A stretch of DNA of 64,000 nt, from NCBI GenBank assembly GCA_004022145.1, contig RCNU01000001.1. One strand, 5' to 3'. The position numbers and the translations under genes were made by a program. This document shows positions 1 through 12,270 of the stretch, piece by piece. The notes beneath the pieces were generated by a model. The model searched no databases. It had not been told where the DNA came from and worked only from the letters and a program-made list of their open reading frames with translations. Position 1 is the first letter of the stretch. Every line of letters begins with the position of its first letter. Origin of the DNA: Paecilomyces variotii. Lineage: Eukaryota.

Positions 1-244
1 GCTGCTAAAGAATAATAACTTATCAGAGTCTGTGTCAGTTGCGAGGTATTCCAAGAGAAGTATAACCGATTGATAATAAATGGATACTTAAATTTTCGCA
101 GCTTGGTACCAACACACTATCGTAACACGTTGTGAAATGATATTCATTCCTCTATGCCCTGCATTAAGAGCCGCTAGTGTAACCGTAGAGCTTTTCGTCC
201 AAATCATCTATATATCAATCAATCCAATCCAGCCAAAGCAAACT

Positions 245-1415
<1,171 letters not shown>

Positions 1416-1462
1416 ATCTGCGATGTCTCTGAAGTTTGTCAAAGTACTTGCCAAACGTGCCG

Positions 1463-1480
1463 ACGCGTTCGGCGACGCGT
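1463..1480. promoter_or_regulatory. Two MluI cell-cycle boxes (MCB, ACGCGT)
   Basis: ACGCGT at 1463-1468 and 1475-1480, 48-65 bp upstream of the thymidylate synthase ATG. Confidence 0.8.
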
Positions 1481-1706
1481 TAATTAGATTTCATAGTTGG
1501 TCTTTGGAGCTGGCCGTATTATGAGGGGCTGCGACACTTTGATTCGTCCATATTAACACGCGCTAATACTATCGTTATCTGATTGTTATCGATAAGGCTG
1601 TAGAGTCAGGTGATAACTATTGATTATACCACTCGAGAGAACAATCAATGTAATGTTATTATTAACAGTAAAATGAGACTCTAGACTCGTTATATCATCT
1701 ATCCGT

Positions 1707-3716
1707 CTATATCTTACTTCTAGCGACTCCACTTCCCACTCTCTCTTTCTCCATGGCCCTCAACCGATTCCGCATAATCTTCCCACTGATGGTTTTCGGG
1801 AGAAAACTCGGTTCCACGAACTGAACCCTCCGCGGGTACTTGTATGGCGCAGACATCTTCTTGCAGAAGTCCTGGATCTCCTTGCGAAGCTCATCCTGGT
1901 TTCTTCGCTTGTATTCCTCAGTGAGGACGATGAAAGCTTTGACGACCTCGACACGCTCTGGATCTGGTGAAGCCACTACGGCCGACTCGACTACTCCCGG
2001 ATGCTGCTTGAGGACAGATTCGACTTCGTATGGTCCTGTTGGGATTAGAATCAGGAGTCCTTGTATGTAAGGTGAACGGTGAGTGTTGGAACTTACCGAT
2101 TCGGTAGCCTGATGAGTTGATAATATCATCTGAGCGGCCAACAAACCAGAAATATCCGTCAGTGTCCCTCGTGGCACGATCTCCTGTTAGGAACAGAGTC
2201 TTCCCTGCTGTCGAGGCTGTAACGGGTCTCTGCACACTTCCGTCCTCCTTGATATATCCCTCGAATATGCCAAAGAAAGGGGGGTTAGTGTCGTCGCCTA
2301 TTGATAGCGCGATATTTCCTTCTGTCCCTGAAGGTACTTCCTGTCCGGATTCATCGACCACCAGCATCGGTACACCCGGAACGGGTTTTCCCATAGAGCC
2401 GACTTTGATTGCGTTTCCTTCAAGGTTGCCGCATACGAGGATCGTTTCTGTCTGGCCGTAGCCGTCGCAGATCTGAATGCCGCTCATTTCCTTCCAGAGT
2501 CTGATCACTTCACCATTCAGGGGCTCCCCTGCTCCGACACAGTGTTCCAAGGCAGCGGGAGGGTTCTTTCTGAAGTGAGCTAGACTGGCTTGGAGAACCA
2601 ATTGTCGATATGCGGTTGGCGGAGCACATAGTGTCGTGACGGGATGTTTGTGCAGGGTATCGAGCAGATGGATGGGGTCGAAAGGTCTGCGATCATCTTC
2701 TACAAAAAGCGCCGCTCCGCAATTCCATGTTGCGAAAACCGCCCAGCCAGCTTTCGCCCAACCTGAGCACACGATTGTCAGCATCTATATTTGTCTTTGG
2801 GCTTTTCTTTCCCAGAGAAGCCAAACGCACCTTGTTCCGCTAGATTCCAATAGACCTTACCAGGCTTCAGTCTAAGCCAATACTTTCCAGTGCTTGTGTG
2901 TGCTGCGTGGTATTAGCATTTCTTTTTCTTGTCCCAGAGACTGACTTCAAGTTTCTTGCCTAAAGGATACGATATCTGATTATGCAACACCATCTTCGGA
3001 GGACCGGAAGTGCCAGAGGTAAAATATATCAGAGCGGGGTCCGTCGCCTTGTTTGGCTGCCTCGAGAACTGGACATGCTGTTCGATTTTTCCCAGCGCAT
3101 CGAAATACGACACCACTCCTTCAGGAGCATTTCCGCCGACCTGCAATATTGTCTTCAACTGCGGGCATTGATGTCGTACATTGAGCAACTTCCCAACGCT
3201 CGTCTCATCACCGATAAAAGCTGTAGCGCCGGAACGTTGGGCTCGGTATTCGATCTCTTTATCGACAAGGAGAGTGGTGCACGGACATAGAACAACTCCG
3301 GCTCTGATAGCAGCGATAGCAACTTCCCACCTTTATTCCGGTGAAATCGGTTCTTAGTGTAAGTAAGATTTCTTGACATCATGCAGGAGCCGAAGGCAGA
3401 TTCATGACAACTTCATCAGGGGTGTTTTGGGGGGTTTAGTAAATTTCATTTTGTACACATACCACGCAGTTACCCGAGGTAATATGATAATCAATCTATC
3501 ACCAGCTTTTATTCCTAGTTGTCGTAGTAATGTGGCAACACGATGCGATTCCCTGCTGAAATGATTGTAGTCCAGTGTACGGCATTCCCCCGTCGCTCGC
3601 GAAGTCCAGTACATCGCTCGGAGACCGGGAGATTTGGAAGCCCAGTAATCGATAACATCGGTAGCGAAATTGAATGTTTCAGGCCGGGTAAGTGCCTGTG
3701 CTTCGAAGTGCGCCAT
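1707..3716 (-). CDS. Medium-chain acyl-CoA synthetase (ACSM/acetate-CoA ligase-like, AMP-binding), multi-exon
   Basis: N-terminal [12 protein letters not shown]-binding [59 protein letters not shown]-terminus is -SKI. Confidence 0.92.
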
Positions 3717-5200
3717 ACTGTGATAGGTTCCCTGTCTCGTGGTCGTTTGCTTTGCTTTTTTTTTTCTCCTTCCCTGCAGGTGGGTTGTTATAGGTATTAT
3801 TCCTGGTCAGTTGGAAGAAGTTTGGTTTCTGTTCTTTTCTTCTCTTCGTCCAGGCAGGGTCACCTTACCGTACTTACCTAGGTAGTAGTTAACAGCCTCC
3901 CCCACCTGATGATCAAGCCATCACGGACCGACATTGCTATTTTTTCTCCTCACTCTAGCTGTTCAGAACCCACATTTATCCTGTACGGGCTCTGGAGGCG
4001 GGATGACAAAGTCATTTGCGAATGTAGACCTCATCTTCTTGGTAGATGGCTTCGGCAAACATACCGTTGTGGGGACGGAGCGCGGTCCGTTCCCCGCGTT
4101 TTCTTTTAAGCACAAACTCCATAAAATTAACTATCGTGGATTCTTTTTGAGTTTTGCGGAGTAAACTTTTGCGGGACGCAGGCCGAGGTAGAGAACTATA
4201 CGTAGATACCAGAAATCAGTCTCCGAATTCCAGTCGGGTGCATGCTTTTGAAACGACCCCAGATCATGCGCGGTGGCGTTAGAACTATATAAACTGAATC
4301 TCCAGAACCGTCGAATCGGTGATGATGATGCGGATCCGCGGGAATAATTGCTATTTGACATACGAAACATGGTACCATTCAGGTATATCTTTGTACGAGG
4401 CTAGGAGCAATATATTCATTTCACCGGTGCTGCAACTGAATACATAGTATGACTGCTGTCTACGAGCGTACTAGTCATGCAACAGGGCTCGATTGGCTTC
4501 AACCTACTCATACATGATATAGTTCCACGCCAAGTTCACATGACACATGTAGACAAGAATGAGCATCTCCATCAGATTATTCTTAGTCCGACAATCTCGA
4601 CAATGTGTCTACTGTCTATACTGCTGTCGAACCTGTGCACTGTGTTGCAGTATTGCAGTCCGTGAAAACGCTTGTCAATTCTCATATAGCCAGGTCCGAT
4701 TGATTGATAGACATGATATTATCTGGGTATCTATCTGCATGCAACAACACCCATCGAATCCCAACGACGTTGACAACAGGGGTCCCATGACAGCGGCTCG
4801 GAAAGATCACTGACTAGATCATAATATCCTCCCGGCCCCCAGATACGTGCTGTCTCCATGGTCGGAATCCTTCATCCGCGGGTCCGCTTCAAAAATACCT
4901 GAGCTGCAGTTGGCCCTCTTTGTCCTTCTAATCGACTCGCTTCGGGGAAATGCAGATCCACGTCCGCGTGGACAAGACCGCATATACCCCGCATGTACCC
5001 GTCCCTTCTCGACTCAAAAGCGCCGGGGTCCTAGGGTCATGATCCAAGCAGAAGGCATATATATGTCACACCCTGTCAAGCAAGCCAGTATCCTGTTATC
5101 CTTGCCAGATACTCGCCTTCCTATCTCTTGTATCAAGATAGAGTTTTCATTGTGTGAACAGCCGTCAATTCCTTGTCCTCACGCATCATCTTATCCCATA

Positions 5201-6332
5201 ATGGACATTCCAAAAACACAAAAGGCACTTATCACAGATCCGCCTGGGCCGAATACAAAGTCCGTGGTCAAAGAGATCCCCGTCCCCACTCCAGGAGAAG
5301 GCGAGATCTTGGTGAAGCTCAATTGTACTGGGCTCTGCCATTCGGATGTGCACCTCATGCGCAACGACTGGGGAGATCGGGGTCTCTCAATGATGACCAA
5401 GATTGCTGGTCATGAAGGAGCCGGTGTCGTTGTGGCTATAGGGCCCAATGTGACACGGTTTAAAGTCGGAGATAGGGCAGGCATCAAATGGGTGGCTGAT
5501 GTCTGCGGAGAATGCGAGATGTGCACGAATGGGACAGACGAACTCCAGTGTCCGAAGCAGCTCAATAGTGGCTTCACGGCCGCTGGAACCTTTCAGCAGT
5601 TTGCCACGGCAACTGCCCGTTACGCAACTCGCATCCCTGATGGCGTCTCAGATGAGGAAGCAGGACCAGTGAGCACTCTTCCATTCACATATGTACCAAA
5701 TGGTTCTCCCGAACTAACAGTCCATTTTCAATTAGGTGATGTGTGGCGGAGTTACGGGATACGTAGCGCTAAGACGATCCGCTGTTCGCGCGGGACAGTG
5801 GGTTGTCATCATGGGAGCAAGCGGTGGACTCGGTCACTTCGCTGTACAATATGCTAAAGCCATGGGTATGCGGATCATAGCCATCGACGGAGGTCCCGGA
5901 AAGAAGGAACTGTGCGAGAAATTGGGTGCAGAACAGTTCATCGATTTCACTGTCGAAAAGGACGTTGCTGAAAGAGTGAAGCAGATTACCACCTGGGGTG
6001 CGCATGGGGTTGTTGTTGTTGCTCCGAGTCAGGCTGCATATGAGCAGGCACCTTACCTCCTCCGCGCCGGAGGAACGATGGTGTGTGTTGGCCTCCCGAA
6101 GGAAAATTTCAACGCTGGTGCTCCGCCACTAGTCATAGCTCTTCGCAGGTTGAACATTGTCGGCTCAATCACCGGGACGTTGAAGGATGTCGACGAGGCG
6201 CTAGATTTCACAGCCAGAGGTTTGGTTAAGCCCATATTGGTCAAGGGGTCAATGAACGATATCGACGATCTCTCCGCCAAAATGATGGCTGGTCAGTTGG
6301 CCGGTCGGGTAGTCATTGATCTTTGGGCATGA
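5201..6332 (+). CDS. Zinc-dependent alcohol dehydrogenase (yeast ADH1-type MDR), 2 exons
   Basis: GLCHSD, GHEGAG, structural-Zn C-x2-C-x2-C-x8-C (CGECEMCTNGTDELQC), GASGGLG Rossmann motif. Intron 5669-5735 (gtgagc...ttag). Confidence 0.95.
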
Positions 6333-6651
6333 GTCAGAGTTCTACTTTTCGCAGGACCTATCATGTCTTATGGGTTGTTACTATGCTGCCGTGTTTTAGG
6401 CTGGTGGGCTTCCGGGCAAGATCAATCGATTCTCTCCTCGACTCCTTATGACTTACTAGTTTTGACCCACTATGTACCCGTAGGGCTCAAAGATGCAAAA
6501 GCGAAGTGTAATGCTTCGTCATGTCTCATGACTTCTGCTCTCGTCAAACATATAGTCCTGCGAGATAAGTAAGCTCCGAATCCTAATCCAACTTTAACAT
6601 CGATGCCTACAATTGCGACTACTTACTGAAAGGTTATCGGACACTCCCAAT

Positions 6652-9193
6652 TTAGCCGTTCGACCATCTTCCCGGATTCATATCCCCAAACTCATCTACT
6701 TTATAGAAATCCGGTATGAAATTTAGATTTCCTATGCTCCCCGGAGGTATATTCGGGGGGCTACCGAACAGCGCCGAATTTGGCATCATAAAATCGGTGT
6801 GTTGTGGAACTGAATGTGACAGCGGTTGACCTAGAGTTGCGCTCGAATTGAGCATAGGTGGATCTGGTCTTGGGTTGTAGGACGGAGGGGACGCATCATT
6901 AGATGGCGGTCGAGAAAGGGTGTTATAATCTGTAAGGAAGTAGAGCTTTTCAGCATCGGAAGGGTCGAGTTGCACTCGCTGCGGTTCTGCTTCAATGAGT
7001 CCTTTGAATTTCGAACTCTCCAAAGAGAACTCGGAGAGTGCATTTTTCTGCGACATTATGTTAATCAGCATTCTGGGTTGGTAAACTGCTTTCACACGTA
7101 CAATGATGACCGAGTTTTTCCAGCATTTCGCATGTTCATCTAAGAACGCCTGATCAAATTGCAGATCTTCTATAGCTTGTCGCCGCACAAAATCGTTTTC
7201 AGAGTGTTGATGCAGCGCATTGATCATCCCGGCTACCACGACGGCAAAACCATAGAATGAACTCTTCAATTTACAGCCCGCCTTTTGCGCTTCTCGAAGT
7301 ACTCGGGTAATGTCTTGGGTGTGCTGCAAGCAGATTGCTATTGACCTAGCGAGAAACTTTGCTGGGATGTTCGCGTTATACTCCTCTAAGCGTTGACGGA
7401 GGAGGAAGGGGTGATGTAGAAGGCAATGTGAAAGGTGGAATAAGATGTATGAGAAGATTAGAGGCTCTGCAGCATCAGAGTCCACATGACCATCGACTAC
7501 GCAGTGTCTCAAAAGTGCGCCGGTGATGTCGAGACCAAATTCGAACCGTGTCTCCAGGTAGAGGAGCGCCGAGGAATTGATAGCATGATCGGACTAGGAT
7601 TTTATGAGCCTGAATCAAGAGGAGCCCTGGTGATAATCCACTTACGCGAGGGTCCCAGGGAGGTTTTCGACTTTGAAAGTGATAACCTTGAAGAGAGTAT
7701 TGTGCACACTGTGACAGGACGGATGAGGTAACGATCACCTTGGCGAAGGTACTAGAGCAATCCGTTTCCAGGCTGTCGTTTCGAGTAAAATGTTCGATAC
7801 TGAACCTTTTCTCATCCGCCTCTAACCGAAACGCTGCCTCGGTGCAGGGTAATTTGACTCTGCAGTAATGTTCCTGGAACACCGGGGGCTTGGCCCTACC
7901 ACAAGTTCTAGAGCGTAGTCAGCAAATGTTCAACCGAGATAGATAACTACGTTATGGAAATTGTCGCTTACATCAGCTTATCAAGAAGGTACAATGACCA
8001 ATATGCGCGGCGGTGTTCTTCCTGGTCAGCTGGAGATAGTTCTGCCGGTGGTTCAGACATCAGATTCAGATCCTGAGCATATCTGGCGGCTAATCCAATC
8101 TTGATCCAGGCAGCCCGGTGCTTGCACTCTAAAAAGAAGGACCTAGTCAGCCACACACCAGTCCGCAACTGCACAAATCGTCCACCATACCTGTGAAGTC
8201 AAAAATAGCTAGAAGCGTCATGGACTGAACCAATGTTACATCACCTTCTCTTCCATCGGACAGCCACTCCGACACTATAGATTTCCATGCGCGTGTTGCA
8301 TAGGAGTCCGCCATGGCGTCACGGTTCTTTGCAAAGAACGGTTCACTAGAAAATCGAACCGCAGATGCTAAAACCGAGAGAAGGAGATGACCTGGTAGCT
8401 GGTCCTGCTCTAGCTTAAGGCGAAAGCTGTTGCTATGAAAAAAGGAATATGGCTGATTGTGGGAATAGCGGAAATAGTCGTCTACAAGAGATCGAATGAC
8501 AGAGGCGGGTGGTAGATCTTCGGAACTGTTTGAGGAGAGAAAAATGTCAGGCACATACGATGATTGAGACACAAATTCAGATCGACTGACACTTGAGATT
8601 GTTCCTGTCTTTCAAAGCCCGTCGTGGCTCTAGCTGCATTTCCTGGGTCTAGCATCATCATGGAATTTGAGCTCGGTGTAGACGCTGTTTCCGCGGGCGA
8701 TCGATTGATGTCTAGCATATCAGCAGTACTAAACCGACAATCAGCATGCATTCCTTCTCTTCTGACATCTGTGTCCAGTGAATTGCCCTTACAGGTTGGA
8801 GCCCGGAGTCATGCCCGTCAGTCTGGCCTCGATCATCGAAATCCGCGACGCTAGCTCTCCCTAAGAATCATAAGAAGATAATCCCAACACTAAAGACTTT
8901 TGATGATCATACATAGGCTGCTGTCGCGTCGGGCTGGTGGAAAGATAAATTGGACATGTGGCTTCTCGGATACTCGCATCGCTGTCCCAAACGTACGCAG
9001 AAGCTGCATTGTGGTTGATCTCCCGGACACTTAACTTTCTTACGCCTGTGCGTGTGACAGATTGTAAGCTTCTTCGCCTTGCATACCGCCACTGCGACCA
9101 TGTTCCCTGACAAAAAAATATATGAATATACCTGCAATTCAAGCACGCCCGATGGACGCGAGGTCTCCGGCTGCCAGGTTTTACGTCGTCCAT
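6652..9193 (-). CDS. Zn(II)2Cys6 transcription factor with fungal-specific TF (middle homology) domain, multi-exon
   Basis: RACLNCR|RKKVKCPGDQPQCSFCVRLGQRCEY; HNQPYSFFH; AWIKIGLAARYAQDLNL...EEHRRAYWSLYLLDKL. Confidence 0.9.
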
Positions 9194-11251
9194 CGAGCTT
9201 CCATGGAGAAATCCTCTGACAAACGCAACGATGAATGGAATTGATGATGAAGATGATAGCCTCGATGCTGACGAGCGGCAGCTGTTTTGATATTCGAGAC
9301 GAAAGGATTATCACAGTCCGTGTTGGGGTTGACACACTAGCTGCGTCCAAAAAGCGGGGTAAACTTCATCTCCACTGAGCTGCGGGCCAGCGCAAATTCA
9401 CGATCCTTTTCGAACTCCCCAGAAAAGGGCACAAACGGCGGACTGGCTGGAGGTCTTGGCTCTGTTCCGGGCGGAGCAGAAATCAGATCGTCTGGACTCT
9501 GAAGGGACCTCGATCTTGTTCGATCTGCGAGATGGCCGCTCAGACTTCAATCACTGCCTTCGGCCTGTTCGTTCACTGGTCAACTGAATGGTAGGAATAG
9601 GAGCAGTAGTACAGTAGCAGCGCATCCTGTCTCTGGGCTAAGTAACGGGATAGTCTGTCATCGTATCCCGATTCGTTTAGTTGAGTCTTAGTCAGGACTC
9701 AGGAGTTCAGAACTTCAGGCAAGCGTTCCCCCTACTAGAGTAGTATTTCGAGGTCTTGTATGTACTCTGTAGATAGCCCTAGGATCAGCGTGGCGCTAAC
9801 AGTCGTTAGAGAAATACCCACTCATAACTAACTTCTCCAGGCCCAAGCAACCGTGTTACCATACTCTAGAATTGACACGTCCAGGCTTTGGAATGTGACT
9901 CTGGACGTGGAGCTGTCAAGCGACGTCTCTCGGTATGGAGATAGCAGGAAATTAAGGGAACGTGTCTACTTCTGCAGTTTATTAGTCTTGAACGTCGGAT
10001 CGCAAGTGGACAAAAAAAAAACGATTAGCGAGTAATCAATACCGTCTGCGCTTATGCATTCCTCTCGCTTAATATGGCGCATTAAATCAGTCGAATCCCA
10101 GGAATATGTAGAGTACACTGTGCCAAGGTTGACGTACCATATGTTTGTCTACTGGCGATCTACCAGCCACTAGTTACTGAAACATAAGATCATCCATCAA
10201 ACGGGGGACCTTTCCCATTGACCAGCACGAGGAGTATCTCAGCAACGAGCAACCAACCGAGGCGCAAAGTTCAAGCTCGAGAGTCGAAGGACAATAAATA
10301 ATAATAAACCAAGGACTCGGGCATGGTTGATCGACCACAATGCCCCGCGCACATGACCTGCCAAGACGGAAATGCTGCCATCTCAGTTGCCAGAGCGTTT
10401 CTCAGCTAGAAATGCAGTCTGCTGGATAAGTCGACGCGCTGCCGCTTTTTGCTAGTTTTACAGTCAATTGCCTAGGTAGCTTCCCATCTAATCCACAGGG
10501 AGGTCGTCCTTTCATAGTACGCACGAGTGCGAAGAGTATCTCACGCCTGGAGATACATACTAACAGAGATCTAGCACAGACACGAGATGAAACGCATCTT
10601 CAGGTAGATAGACACAGGACCAAATAACTACAACGTGAGTCTGTGCAACGCCGTGCAACGATGAAATATTCTATGAAATATTCTATATTAGGATGCCCGA
10701 TCGGCCCAGCCTTTCCAGCATGGCATGACGGGTTCAGTTGTCGAATGACATGATCCTTGCCTGCGCCACGGGATAGCCAGCTAGCTCTTTGTCCCGCTGA
10801 TTGAGCTTAAATACTTGTCCACGCGATCAGCCGGTGGTCTCATCACTCTCGTTAGGCTCGTCCGAATGTTGGCCGTACTTGATCGGCAGATGCTGTCGCG
10901 TTGTCGAAGCCCTATACTTATAGTGGGGTAACTGGTCGTCGCAGTATGAGTTCTTCCATGCTCTGGAGATTGATTCATCTACGGACATTCTCTTCTACGC
11001 ATCACATAATATTTCGCCAGTCGCACAGTCGCACAGGTGCACAGCTCAGCAATATAGTCGCCGAGAAGTACGTGGTGCGTCACCAAGTGCTTTTTGCTCT
11101 TACGAGGATTCTGCGGGTTAAAGCGTCTATCCATCGACAGGTCTAAAAAAATAGAAATCACCTCAAAGAAGCACATTCCGCAAACTTGCCTCGTTCCTCA
11201 AGATTATCGCGCATGTACGTCCAAAGACCACTTTCCGCCACGCATTTTCCC

Positions 11252-11828
11252 ATGTTAGAGAAACGAGGCGATGAGAAACTCGGAAAACCGATCATCGTAC
11301 TGTTATCAGTAGCTCTTGGTGTGATATTTATCTTTGTTGTCTGTCTGCTGTGAGTGGCCTCGTTCGCCAATCCATCCAAGATTCCTGTTAATGACCATAA
11401 ATCTTTAGTTTGATGATCTATGTGAACCGCGGCAATACTCGCCGGGACCCAAAAAGCAAAGGCGCTTCCCGTGAAAGGCTGAGGAAACTGGATGCCGTGT
11501 CGCCGATATGCCGACTCGATCAGTGGTGGCCTAATGTGAAGGGTTCCTTGGGTCTGCCGGAAGCAGCCGATAATCAGTTCATATGGTACGTTCGTCACTT
11601 TAGGTATTCTGTCATGGTGCACCGCTAACCGCGACTGACAGCGTGGTGTGTCTGGAGCCGGTTCTAAACTCCCAGGAAATCCATCAACTCAAGTGCATGC
11701 ATGTCTTTCACAAAGAGTGTCTGGAGAAATGGTATCTTGGGGATCATTTCAACTGTCCACTCTGCCACCGCGCCTATTTCCACGAAGCGCGCCGTCCAAT
11801 GAGTGACGACTTCGTATGGATGGTGTGA
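11252..11828 (+). CDS. Small single-TM RING-H2 E3 ubiquitin ligase (~153 aa, 3 exons)
   Basis: Exons 11252-11349, 11409-11585 and 11642-11828 join in frame. N-terminal TM PIIVLLSVALGVIFIFVVCLLLMIYV; RING-H2 CVVCLE...LKCMHVFHKECLEKW...CPLCH. The start codon is less certain. Confidence 0.82.
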
Positions 11829-12270
11829 GATCGATTCTATTACTGACACATAGTTTACTGATCTGGAATTTACAATGAGATACCCCCTGCACTTATTACC
11901 TGATTAATCAATGTTTGCATCCTTTCAACTGATAAAGCCTTGCAATTGCAAGAGAGTAAAGATAGATGGGATACTAAGAAATGAACTACTATACCTGGAT
12001 GACTTTCAAATATAACCAAACATGCCAGGGTTAACCAATCGCAGACTCCAAACAATAGATCCGACGCTCCATGTCTATGTACGCTTATCGCTTATAGGGT
12101 GGTAAGGAAATACAACTTGTTTCAAGGTCACCTCGATGGCTTAAGTTAACTAGTTAGTCAATTAGGTTGTAATGATTGGATAGGATACTCAGCGCCGAAG
12201 TGACCCAAAGCCCGATCTGGGTAATATACATGCGTCTATAAGATATCATCATTCTCCCCCATAGTATGAT

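Noticed and set aside
1575-1583. ATCAGATAA (SreA-type iron GATA motif) on the minus strand
   Set aside because: Single site between the TMP1 promoter and the ACS 3' end, with no iron-related gene nearby.
4847-5200. 118-aa N-terminal extension of the ADH ORF
   Set aside because: Starts at GTG, overlaps promoter elements, and ADH-like sequence begins at ATG 5201.
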